From IMG/VR virus record IMGVR_UViG_3300032236_001457, positions 1 through 64,000 of that record: a stretch of DNA of 64,000 nucleotides; one strand, written 5' to 3'. Below the pieces are notes generated by a model that had not been told where the DNA came from, did not search any database, and worked only from the letters and a program-made list of their open reading frames with translations. Position 1 is the stretch's first letter, and every line of letters starts with the position of its first letter. Source of the DNA: a virus. Shown one piece after another: positions 17,934-27,044 of this stretch. The position numbers were made by a program, and so were the translations under genes.

Positions 17934-18858
17934 ATCCTAGATTTCTTGCCAGTTTAATTAAACAGGCAGATAGGTTTATTTCCGAGTCGGCACAAATTAC
18001 ATGATCGACCAGTCCTTGTTTAATGATTAGGATTGCTGAATCTTTTTGTTCCTCTGTCGTTCCTAGAAGATCGATATTTGTATATAGCCATCGATAGATA
18101 TCTTCCATTTCCTCTGGGCGAGCACGGCCGCATAGCAGTTTACGAGCAGATTGAATCTTACCTTGTTTAAACAGTTCGATCATTTCGATACGATAATCGC
18201 TAATGCCACTGTCTTCTTGTTTAGGATTAATTAGGGCACCGCCAATGCTGTTCTGTTGCAGTAGGTTAATACACTTGCGCAAATCTGGATATGTAGCCTT
18301 AACATAAGTGTCAAGCAAATCAAGATCAAATTCAATGTTTTCTTCGACTAGGATAGTAGCAGCTCTAGCAGTGAATTCAGTTTGATCAATTGACGCAAAA
18401 TGCATCTGTTGACATCTACTGTGAATAGCAGGAATAATTTTGTTAGGATGATTACAGGTAAGAATAAATCTGCTAGTATTAGAAAACTCTTCCATTACAC
18501 CACGCATGGCGGCCTGTGCTTCCGGTGTCAAAAAGTCTGCCTCATCTAACAGCACAACTTTAAATGGACCAAATGGGATCATGCTGATAAAGTTTGTGAT
18601 TCTATTTTTAACTTCGTCAATACCACGCTGTCTACTGGCGTTAATCTCTAATAGATCAAAATCTTCAATGCCGATTTCATTTAGCAGCAGTTTGGCCAGG
18701 GTAGTTTTGCCAATGCCTGGACTACCACTTAGTAGTAGATGGGGAATTGACTGATCTTTGATCCAAGTTTGAACTTGTCTTTTTTGAGACTCGTCGCGGA
18801 ATACATATCCTTCGACAGTTTTTGGGCGATATTTTTCAGTCCAAAGTTCTTTTGCCAT
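17932..18858 (-). CDS. Clamp loader AAA+ subunit (RFC small/T4 gp44-like)
   Basis: WTEKYRP, GSPGIGKTT, LDEAD, SRC motif. Confidence 0.92.
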   Translation of the reverse strand: MAKELWTEKYRPKTVEGYVFRDESQKRQVQTWIKDQSIPHLLLSGSPGIGKTTLAKLLLNEIGIEDFDLLEINASRQRGIDEVKNRITNFISMIPFGPFKVVLLDEADFLTPEAQAAMRGVMEEFSNTSRFILTCNHPNKIIPAIHSRCQQMHFASIDQTEFTARAATILVEENIEFDLDLLDTYVKATYPDLRKCINLLQQNSIGGALINPKQEDSGISDYRIEMIELFKQGKIQSARKLLCGRARPEEMEDIYRWLYTNIDLLGTTEEQKDSAILIIKQGLVDHVICADSEINLSACLIKLARNLG

Positions 18859-18988
18859 TTTTTCCCTGTAGCCAGTTTAAGATTTTTTCGATGTCGATCA
18901 GTGGTGGATGGTGGGGACAACGCCCCTGTTTATAATCACAGTTAGCAGTATACGCTTTTTTGCAGATTTTGCAAGCGTCATCAGCCAC
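18836..18988 (-). CDS. Small Cys/His-rich protein (50 aa, not in ORF track)
   Basis: GTG start: MADDACKICKKAYTANCDYKQGRCPHHPPLID...; fills the gap and overlaps both neighbours. Confidence 0.55.
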   Translation of the reverse strand: MADDACKICKKAYTANCDYKQGRCPHHPPLIDIEKILNWLQGKNGKRTLD

Positions 18989-19280
18989 GCAGACTTTCCA
19001 TAGTAATGATTTTGTCTAAACTTGTGGCCAAGTCTTGATCGTGAGTAATCACGTGAAGAGAGTTATAATGACGATCGCGTTGTGGATCATATGTTCTTGC
19101 TTCAATAACAATACCACCGGACGCACGATAAACATTGAGCCGCATTGGATGTCCCTCTAGCCCATCATCACCCCTGACTAAAACAGGCCCCCTTCCCACA
19201 GTAGCCCTGTTCGCAGTTTCAGGTTTGTCCTCAACTGAATTAATCCAGTTTCTCAACCAGTATCTAAATTTTTGTATCAT
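18981..19280 (-). CDS. Hypothetical protein
   Basis: ORF track. Confidence 0.7.
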   Translation of the reverse strand: MIQKFRYWLRNWINSVEDKPETANRATVGRGPVLVRGDDGLEGHPMRLNVYRASGGIVIEARTYDPQRDRHYNSLHVITHDQDLATSLDKIITMESLRG

Positions 19281-19522
19281 TCTTCGTCCTTGAGTAGTTT
19301 GATAATTTTTCTCTGTTCGCGATCCTTAAGCCACCGTTCTTCAGTGTCGCCAAAGGTTGAGCATTTTTTCATGACGTCATTGATGGTTTCTTGGATCATG
19401 TATAGATCCTTTTTGATTTCCCATTGATTAAAGCCGTCATTATATGGACTGCTACATTCTCTAGCAGCGGAGTATATTTGTCGGAGGATGTATTCTACAT
19501 CCCAGTTTTTCTTAAATCCCAT
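19277..19522 (-). CDS. Hypothetical protein
   Basis: ORF track. Confidence 0.7.
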   Translation of the reverse strand: MGFKKNWDVEYILRQIYSAARECSSPYNDGFNQWEIKKDLYMIQETINDVMKKCSTFGDTEERWLKDREQRKIIKLLKDEE

Positions 19523-19558
19523 GCTGTTATAATAACATGGGATTTAAGGGCAGGTCAA
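19511..19558 (-). promoter_or_regulatory. Sigma70-like promoter (TTGACC-N18-TATTAT) overlapping a 13-bp inverted repeat that covers the ATG
   Basis: cttaaatcccatg (19511-19523) / catgggatttaag (19536-19548). Confidence 0.55.
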
Positions 19559-19563
19559 CGGTA

Positions 19564-19902
19564 TTAGGCGTTTTCTCTTTGAATATCGGCAGGTTTTTCA
19601 TCCGATATCATCATAATAGCATCGTTATCAACCATGCGTGATTCGAGCACTTCGCCCGATTCTAATTCAATTTCCACTGATCTGGTCCAGCGTCCATGTT
19701 CAACACAGATCCAATCGCCAATTTTAACTTGTTCTTGTTCGGGCCCAATTGCCCATACCCGACCCCACCGTGGGTGAATGCCCTGTGTTTTGCCATCGTC
19801 GGTAGGGATGTAAATACCTCCGGCAGTTTTTTGCACTCCGAAGTCCATATCAACAACAAATACCTTGTCTCGCAGGGGTCTAACTGTACCTCTAACTTTC
19901 AT
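19564..19902 (-). CDS. groES: GroES-like co-chaperonin
   Basis: VRPLRDKVFV, KTAGGIYIP, G.V.AIGP, VKIGD. Confidence 0.85.
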   Translation of the reverse strand: MKVRGTVRPLRDKVFVVDMDFGVQKTAGGIYIPTDDGKTQGIHPRWGRVWAIGPEQEQVKIGDWICVEHGRWTRSVEIELESGEVLESRMVDNDAIMMISDEKPADIQRENA

Positions 19903-20208
19903 TTATTCCTCTGTTTTTTTAGTTTTAACAACCGGAAGCTCTTCCTCCAGCTCATCAAAGTAGTCAGGCACTACAGGATCTGGTTGAGATTCTGCGGCCT
20001 CTGCCGGTCTGGCAGGGGTCTTTTTAACAATATTTGGTTCGTAATATTCGCTAACAATATCTTCTCTGCGTCGAATGATTTTGCCGCCTGGGCCAAGTTC
20101 GTCACCACGGGCATTTACACGAGTATTACCAATAGCAGGTGTCAACTCATTTTGTCTAATTAGTTTTTCTAGATCGATTTCTCGACCTTGCATTGTTCTG
20201 TAGACCAT
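19903..20208 (-). CDS. Hypothetical phage protein
   Basis: ORF track; GGAG RBS. Confidence 0.75.
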   Translation of the reverse strand: MVYRTMQGREIDLEKLIRQNELTPAIGNTRVNARGDELGPGGKIIRRREDIVSEYYEPNIVKKTPARPAEAAESQPDPVVPDYFDELEEELPVVKTKKTEE

Positions 20209-20220
20209 TTTATAATCTCC

Positions 20221-20739
20221 TTATTTAAAGAATTCTCTAATGTCTAAATCGTATTTAATGCTATCAATCCTATGAACATTTAAAAGATATAAACAATAAC
20301 TAGCTACACTGCTGCCACGACCTACTCCCCATACAATGTTATTCTCTTTCATAGTATCTACGAGATATCTGAGATAGCATAACAGTTCTATCATATCGTT
20401 TTTAGCAAACAGTTCTAATTCTTCAAGAACTCTATTTCGTTCTATATTTGTTGCACACTTGTCTAACAAGAATGAAACAATATCAAAACTGGTCGATTTA
20501 TATCTCTCGGGCATGAACCAATTGTCCTGTAAATTTGCATCAAATTGTTCTATGCTAATTGTATGTTCAGGCAATGATTTTAGCAGATCCATAGAGTCTG
20601 CATTGGTTCTTACAGCGGTATTGTATTGATCAGGTTGATCTATATAAATGCCATTGATATTGGTTATGGTTTTATTGTATAACGCATCAAATGCTTCGGT
20701 TTCAGTAAGTTCAATCTGTCCGTAGTGATTAGTTTTCAC
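20221..20739 (-). CDS. DNA polymerase III alpha (DnaE) fragment
   Basis: R..EEL..., WGVGRGSSVASYCLYLL.VH.IDSIKYDL corresponds to the DnaE GRGS segment; ends before the catalytic PDIDxD. Confidence 0.85.
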   Translation of the reverse strand: MKTNHYGQIELTETEAFDALYNKTITNINGIYIDQPDQYNTAVRTNADSMDLLKSLPEHTISIEQFDANLQDNWFMPERYKSTSFDIVSFLLDKCATNIERNRVLEELELFAKNDMIELLCYLRYLVDTMKENNIVWGVGRGSSVASYCLYLLNVHRIDSIKYDLDIREFFK

Positions 20740-21286
20740 TCAATCCGCCTTGTATAATTTTAGGAGAAAATTTTGGTCTATCTCTAAAATTAAGATCTTC
20801 CCAGCTGGGAGCATTTCCATATCCAGTATCAACCGAATCTTGATTCCACCAGAAACTACCTTCCATCTCAAGATTAGCCGAATCTAGTTCCATAATTGTA
20901 TATTCTACACGATCGCCTATAAGGCTGTCAAGACTTAGATATCCGATATCAAAATATTTTTCTGCAATTGCACTGAGTTTATTATACAATATAGCAGCAA
21001 CAAAATAATCGTATGGCTCGCATGGCATCAATATGATATTGGTGTTTAAGTTTACAGTTAATTCATTTAACGGATTAGCTTGATTAATAATTAATCCATT
21101 GTTTAAGTAATTGGCAATAAAATACTTGACTTTTTTAAGTCCTAAATTGACATCAGTTGATTCGGAATTATTTGGTTCTACACCTATTCTAATAGAGTAG
21201 TTATTTGGAAGGATTAATTTTTCTGTAATGATAGTACAGATTATTTCAGTTGGCCAGGAAAAACTTTCAATATGATTAGTCAACAT
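20729..21286 (-). CDS. Hypothetical protein
   Basis: ORF track. Confidence 0.7.
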   Translation of the reverse strand: MLTNHIESFSWPTEIICTIITEKLILPNNYSIRIGVEPNNSESTDVNLGLKKVKYFIANYLNNGLIINQANPLNELTVNLNTNIILMPCEPYDYFVAAILYNKLSAIAEKYFDIGYLSLDSLIGDRVEYTIMELDSANLEMEGSFWWNQDSVDTGYGNAPSWEDLNFRDRPKFSPKIIQGGLSEN

Positions 21287-21518
21287 TTATTAAATCATCT
21301 AGGTCTTTATTTTGTTTCTTCATAACAGACTTCATTGTTTCCTGTTGTCTTTTATTTTGTTCTTCTTTTAGTGTTTCTAATATAATAACAACCTGTTGAC
21401 AAATCTGTCCCTGCCCCATACTGGCTGCTATGTGATATTTTCTAGTAAGATCTAGTATTTTATTTTCTAATTCTTGATCTTTCAGTTTGGTAGGATTTTC
21501 AAGTAATGGATGAAACAT
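21276..21518 (-). CDS. Hypothetical protein
   Basis: ORF track. Confidence 0.7.
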   Translation of the reverse strand: MFHPLLENPTKLKDQELENKILDLTRKYHIAASMGQGQICQQVVIILETLKEEQNKRQQETMKSVMKKQNKDLDDLINVD

Positions 21519-23243
21519 TTAAAAATTCTGTTGACGTCCTGATACTTTCATAATGTAATATAAGGCATAGAACGGAGGAAGGTTAGCATAGTTAGTAGAA
21601 GAAGAAACAGCACCAGTGGTGTCGACGTTAATAGTTCCTTTCATAGTAATATGGTGGGGATCGATAACACCAGTTCCTCCTCCGGAGGTATATGATAACC
21701 CACTTGTAACAGCTCCCTGTAATCTACCTACAGTATCTCTGGTATTGGCTCCGGCTAGTCCACCGGTGGTAGTAATTTGATCATAGGTATGAGTGTGTGA
21801 CAAATCCCAGGTATGATTAAGTGTTTGAGCATCACCTGTGAATTGTGCAGTATGTATGTGAGATACAAGACCTAACTCTGCTGTACCGCCTGTTGAAGTG
21901 CTGGAGCCTGCAACGGTTGTTCCTGGGAATTGCCCATAAAAATCTCCACTCGCTGCTACAACAAATTTATCTGAGAGATTAGGAGTACCATTAGTTCCAT
22001 CGCATATAGCCCACCCGAATGGTATTTTAGATTTAATTCCATACCACATGATAACAGCACCATAAGGCATTATGTTGTGTACAAATTCAGTGCTGGCCAA
22101 TGTTGCACTATCATTACTGGCTGTGTTTACTGCTAGTGTATCGATAGCAAAAGTGTTCTTAACACCGTTACCATAATTATCATATGCTACTTCTAGTTTG
22201 TTGGCATCAGCATAGATAGAACCAACATAGTTAGTAAATGTTCCAGAGCTGGTGGTAGCAGCAGTAGGCGCAAGCGTGACTACTGTAGGTTGATCATGGA
22301 ATGTGGGATTTACAAAAGTTATCGGTTCTCCGACAACTAAATCGGTGACATCAAAATCATTAGGAATAATTAGTAAGGTGTTACCACTTTGTGTATTAAC
22401 AATGTATGTAGATGTTCCAACTTCTGGACGAAGATTGAACGTGGCATTTTTATAAACATTACTAGCATCATTAACTGTTAAACTTACCCACCCTGGATTA
22501 GATTCGCTAGCAGTAGTTAATGTTTTTACTACTCTATTAGGAACCAATGCCAATTGAGCAATAGTTCCAGAGTTTCTTACTAGGGTAACATGTCCAGTTC
22601 CTGTAGTATATACATTGGTGCTAGGGTTATCGTCGACTACTCCTAGCTTTAGTTGGTTGATCCATATTACTTGAGTGCTGGTGCTTCCATCATATAAGAA
22701 ACTGTTTAATTGTTTAACATAAACATTACCACTGTCCTCTTCATTCCACAGTTCAAAGAAATTGGTAATACCATAAGTTAATTCGTATGGATTCTGTGCT
22801 GGTCCTACTGCTGTAGTTCCTAGGAAATTTAGGGCTGTATATACGTCGTTAGTAGGAGTTACTGATAGTTTTAAATTGCCAGTTTTTCCTGCGCCGGGCC
22901 AATTTTCTATATAAAGATCATGTAATCCGGCACTCAGTTCAAATTTTTGATAGCTACCTAACGTGTAGTCTATATTGACAGCATTGGTTTGCAGTGCGTA
23001 TGAATATAGTTCGTTTGAGCAGTTTTTAAAATTAGCAGAATCAAGGGTGTTACCGCCAAACGTTGAGGTGGTATTGGTTTTTATAGTAGTCTGATCTAAC
23101 AGGTCTACATTTTCATTAACATACTTAATTGCTTCGTGAATGTTATGAAAGTTGTCTCTGAACCCCTGTGAATCATTGTCCTGCCCTTTTACAGGGAAGT
23201 TCTGTTTAATTTTAGAAAGGTAGCTGGTTACGGTGCTGGTCAC
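21519..23243 (-). CDS. Baseplate/tail fibre protein with tail-collar domain
   Basis: N-terminal FPVKGQDNDSQGFRDNF; collar MPYGAVIMWYG...GWAICDGTNGTPNL; C-terminal NLPPFYALYYIMK. Confidence 0.8.
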   Translation of the reverse strand: MTSTVTSYLSKIKQNFPVKGQDNDSQGFRDNFHNIHEAIKYVNENVDLLDQTTIKTNTTSTFGGNTLDSANFKNCSNELYSYALQTNAVNIDYTLGSYQKFELSAGLHDLYIENWPGAGKTGNLKLSVTPTNDVYTALNFLGTTAVGPAQNPYELTYGITNFFELWNEEDSGNVYVKQLNSFLYDGSTSTQVIWINQLKLGVVDDNPSTNVYTTGTGHVTLVRNSGTIAQLALVPNRVVKTLTTASESNPGWVSLTVNDASNVYKNATFNLRPEVGTSTYIVNTQSGNTLLIIPNDFDVTDLVVGEPITFVNPTFHDQPTVVTLAPTAATTSSGTFTNYVGSIYADANKLEVAYDNYGNGVKNTFAIDTLAVNTASNDSATLASTEFVHNIMPYGAVIMWYGIKSKIPFGWAICDGTNGTPNLSDKFVVAASGDFYGQFPGTTVAGSSTSTGGTAELGLVSHIHTAQFTGDAQTLNHTWDLSHTHTYDQITTTGGLAGANTRDTVGRLQGAVTSGLSYTSGGGTGVIDPHHITMKGTINVDTTGAVSSSTNYANLPPFYALYYIMKVSGRQQNF

Positions 23244-23297
23244 ACTATTGATCCTGGTATTATTAACTATTTATTGAAATATAAACTGCTCAGTAAA

Positions 23298-25751
23298 TTA
23301 TGTATTAATTTTAGCAGATAGAGCATCAACCTTGGCACTGAGTTCCTGAATAGCTTTAATTAATGGTGCTATAAGTTCTTCATATCCAATGCTTAGTACA
23401 TCATCCCCGCCTTTAATAGAGTGGTCTTGATATCCACCAAAATCTACACCTTTGTTGTCCATTACAGATTTAACTTCTTGTGCAATTAATCCATGATGAT
23501 ATCTGGTTCTAATCTTACTGCCATCATGCACGAGATTAGACATTTTTACTGACTCTTGCCAGGCCGACATAGCAGAGTTATATGCTTCTAATGCAGAGTT
23601 GTATTCGGCAGTTTGTTCTTCAGTAGGATCAACAGGCAACACTGGTTTGGATAGATCGGGTGCCGGTTGTTTATAATCTTCCCGCATATCCCATTTATAA
23701 TCTACTGGTCTTAGTGCTAGAATAAAATCTAACCCTAATTGTGTGTCACGAATTTCTGTTTTATCTCGTTGATCCGATCTGATTGACAATGCTGCGTAAG
23801 CATATGGAGTTGTGCTGGAATCTCCAAGTTGAACCTGATTATCCCCTGTAACCGCTGTATTGGCTCCTACTCCAGTACAATTATTATATGCAGTCATTGA
23901 GTACATGCTACTGAATCCCAATGCGGTATTATAAGAACTGACAAGATTGTTTTGTAAGGCGCCTACTCCGAGTGCTGAGTTATTACTTCCATTAGTTAAT
24001 GAATATAATGATTTATATCCAACTGATGCATTATTAGCACCGCCAATAAAGGTGAAAAGTGATTGAACTCCTACTGCTGTATTCTTATCCCCAGTTGTAG
24101 TTGTTGATCCACCGTATAATGATTGGTTACCTACTGCTGTATTATTGCTAGCTTCTGAATAGTATCCAGCACTGCTGCCTACAAATGTTCCGTTAGATCC
24201 TGAAACATTAGACAGTCCGGCATTCATTCCTATTCCTACATTATCTGATCCACTTGTAGAATTTCTAAGAGAAGAAGATCCGCCTACTGCTGTATTATTT
24301 ACACCGGTTGTTAGTGCTATAAGTGCATTAGCACCTATTGCTATATTAGAAGAATCTGCTGCTCCGCTAGCACCACCGAGTCCGATAGCAATAGCATTAG
24401 CAACAGTTAATGTCTTATTTCCAGAACTCCATCTAAGTCCTGAATCGCCTGTTAATCCTGATCCATTTCCATAGGCTACATAGCCGCTAACAAGAGCAGG
24501 TCCTGAGCTACCTGCTCCACTTGGGCCGCTTGGTCCCTGTGGTCCCTGCGCTCCAGTATTACCTTGTGGACCCTGTGGTCCTTGTGATCCGGCAACTCCT
24601 TGTGGCCCGGTTGGTCCTGAACTGCCTACCCCACTTGGACCCTGTGGACCAGTTACTCCTTGTGGCCCCTGTGGACCTTGCACACCACCGACTCCAACTC
24701 CTGTTGGTCCTAGCGGCCCTTGTGGTCCTGCTACGCCTTGTGGGCCTTGCGGTCCAGCAACTCCTTGTGGTCCTTGTGGCCCGGAACTTCCTGCACTAGC
24801 AGCCAATAGATCGCTACCGACACCAGTGTTAGCGGACGACAGATCGATGAATACACCTCTATTACTACCGCCTGTTTCAAAAATTCTTAATTTATTTCTA
24901 AAGATATCTATAGTAACACCAGTATCAAGTGTGGTGTTGGTAGCTGCTTTGTTTAATCTTAATTCACCACCTTCGTCTCCGGATTGGCTAGAAGAATATA
25001 AAAATGGAGTTGTTAGTAACCCACTAAACGGTCTGTAAAATAGTCCGGCGTCGACGGCTATGTCATTGTATGCATTAGCACTGGCAGACATTGTAACATA
25101 GAGATCGCTGTTGGCATTGCTTTCTGCAGTATATATCTTAGTTGTTTTATCTGCATTACCTACAACTACAGTGGATGTATTGACCCATGTAGCAGTGCTG
25201 GCATTGCTCTGTAAAATATATCCGGCAGACCCGATAGGTATAAAAGCTGTTGTATTAGTAGCACTCTGTATAGGAATGCTTCCACCTGTGCCACCTGCAA
25301 TATTAGCAGGAGTTGATGGGCCGCTCGGTCCCTGTGGTCCTTGAACACCTGCTCCTGTCGGTCCAACTGGTCCTTGTGGCCCTGTTGCTCCTTGCGGTCC
25401 TGTTGCTCCTTGCGGTCCTTGTGGCCCTTGTGGCCCTGCAACTCCTTGTGGTCCTTGTGGTCCAGTTACTCCTTGCGGTCCCTGTGGTCCAGTGACACCC
25501 TGCGGTCCTTGTGGCCCTGTAACTCCTTGCGGTCCCTGTGGACCTGTAACTCCCTGCGGTCCTTGTGGCCCAGTTACACCTTTTGGGCCTGTTGGTCCTA
25601 CTGGTCCGGATGTTGCTAATAACGAAGCGGTTTGTGGTACTGTTAGATATTGATAAACAGCAGAATCCTGCACAACAAATTTAGTTTCGCCCTCAGTGGG
25701 ATTGGTCAGTTGTGGCAACGAAGATATATTGATGTCAGGGCGGAATGTCAT
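23298..25751 (-). CDS. Collagen-repeat tail fibre with beta-helix/YadA-like head and intramolecular chaperone (peptidase S74)
   Basis: GPQ triplets, NNTAVG repeats, SDQRDK...LRPVDYKW...HGLIAQEV...[15 protein letters not shown]. Confidence 0.85.
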   Translation of the reverse strand: MTFRPDINISSLPQLTNPTEGETKFVVQDSAVYQYLTVPQTASLLATSGPVGPTGPKGVTGPQGPQGVTGPQGPQGVTGPQGPQGVTGPQGPQGVTGPQGPQGVAGPQGPQGPQGATGPQGATGPQGPVGPTGAGVQGPQGPSGPSTPANIAGGTGGSIPIQSATNTTAFIPIGSAGYILQSNASTATWVNTSTVVVGNADKTTKIYTAESNANSDLYVTMSASANAYNDIAVDAGLFYRPFSGLLTTPFLYSSSQSGDEGGELRLNKAATNTTLDTGVTIDIFRNKLRIFETGGSNRGVFIDLSSANTGVGSDLLAASAGSSGPQGPQGVAGPQGPQGVAGPQGPLGPTGVGVGGVQGPQGPQGVTGPQGPSGVGSSGPTGPQGVAGSQGPQGPQGNTGAQGPQGPSGPSGAGSSGPALVSGYVAYGNGSGLTGDSGLRWSSGNKTLTVANAIAIGLGGASGAADSSNIAIGANALIALTTGVNNTAVGGSSSLRNSTSGSDNVGIGMNAGLSNVSGSNGTFVGSSAGYYSEASNNTAVGNQSLYGGSTTTTGDKNTAVGVQSLFTFIGGANNASVGYKSLYSLTNGSNNSALGVGALQNNLVSSYNTALGFSSMYSMTAYNNCTGVGANTAVTGDNQVQLGDSSTTPYAYAALSIRSDQRDKTEIRDTQLGLDFILALRPVDYKWDMREDYKQPAPDLSKPVLPVDPTEEQTAEYNSALEAYNSAMSAWQESVKMSNLVHDGSKIRTRYHHGLIAQEVKSVMDNKGVDFGGYQDHSIKGGDDVLSIGYEELIAPLIKAIQELSAKVDALSAKINT

Positions 25752-25779
25752 AGTTGTATTTATTTAAAAAGTAACAATA

Positions 25780-26133
25780 CTACTCTATGGATTCAATCCA
25801 ATTCAGATTAGTTATAGTTTGAGTTTGTGTGTTTATCACGGTTATAGCATATTGAGCACCATTAGCCTCAATTTCACGAATTCTAGGAGTTCCTACAATC
25901 TCGTAAATCCATGATAATGTTTGTTCACGAGTTAAACTTTCTAATGGAATGTAGTTATCTGAATTTGGCAATGACAACACTGTTTGACCGATAGATACAT
26001 GACGATGACCGCCCAATGCGCTAGCATCAGTGACTAGTGCCCATTCAACCATATTAACCACATTGGTTAATGTTCCTAATTCTGGTAAAACATCTATTCG
26101 AGTAATTTTCCAGGTTTGTGTTACGCCTTCCAT
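25780..26133 (-). CDS. Tail-fibre-associated hypothetical protein
   Basis: ORF track; located between fibre genes. Confidence 0.65.
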   Translation of the reverse strand: MEGVTQTWKITRIDVLPELGTLTNVVNMVEWALVTDASALGGHRHVSIGQTVLSLPNSDNYIPLESLTREQTLSWIYEIVGTPRIREIEANGAQYAITVINTQTQTITNLNWIESIE

Positions 26134-26150
26134 ATTTTATAAATCCTATA

Positions 26151-27044
26151 TTATGTTACATAAAAAACAATTCTACCTTGGCGACCTTGTTGACCATGCC
26201 TTGTTCCGTTGCCACTAGCTGGACCTTGCCCACCTCGACCGCCGCCGCCGTAGTAAGTTGGAAGTGTGCCATAATCAGTGCTCCCAAAATTACCACCTTG
26301 CCCACCATCGCTTGAATAATAAGAGTAAGTTCCACCGGCTAAAGTATAGGTACTGCCAACTCCGCCTTGACCTGCGTTGTTAAGCGTATCATATCCAACT
26401 CCACCGTTTCCGCCACCACCGCCGCCATTACCTGATCCGCCGTAATCCCCGCCGGCTCCTCCAGAATTACCATTTCCGCTATTACCACCGGTGCCTGTTA
26501 AATAGACTCCATTAACAGACGAAACTGAACCATATGTTCCGCCATATCCTCCTGTACAAGATACACTGCCTCCGCCGGAGAATCCTGACATACTGCTGGC
26601 ACCGCCTTGGGATCCATTACCTACTGCATTACCGTATGCCCCTCCGTCGCCTACTGTTAAACTTAAACTGCTGGTTCCTGACAATGAAAGAGAGAAATAA
26701 TAAGCCTGACCGCCACCGCCGCCTCCCCCTCGTGAAGGAATAGTTCCGCCGGTATTATTTGCATTTGATGCACCGCCCCCGCCACCGCCGCCCGCAACAC
26801 AAATTGCTTCTATAGTGCTAGCACCGCTAGGCTTGGACCAGCTAAATGTGCCTACGGTAACATAATCATATAAAGTAGGAGTAAACGCACTCTTCCCTAA
26901 AAAATCCTGCATACTGGTAGGCAAAGGATTTAATCCGGCTAGGAAAGATGCATATGCTAGCCCTCCGGATAATCCAGGTCCGACCGCTGGAAACTCGGCC
27001 TGTATCGCTAATAAATCAATCGGTAATGAATTAGTTAATGCCAT
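26151..27044 (-). CDS. Glycine-rich adhesin-like protein (gp38-like)
   Basis: Short N-domain ending SMQDFLGKS, multiple polyglycine motifs; directly downstream of a chaperone-bearing fibre. Confidence 0.65.
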   Translation of the reverse strand: MALTNSLPIDLLAIQAEFPAVGPGLSGGLAYASFLAGLNPLPTSMQDFLGKSAFTPTLYDYVTVGTFSWSKPSGASTIEAICVAGGGGGGGASNANNTGGTIPSRGGGGGGGQAYYFSLSLSGTSSLSLTVGDGGAYGNAVGNGSQGGASSMSGFSGGGSVSCTGGYGGTYGSVSSVNGVYLTGTGGNSGNGNSGGAGGDYGGSGNGGGGGGNGGVGYDTLNNAGQGGVGSTYTLAGGTYSYYSSDGGQGGNFGSTDYGTLPTYYGGGGRGGQGPASGNGTRHGQQGRQGRIVFYVT

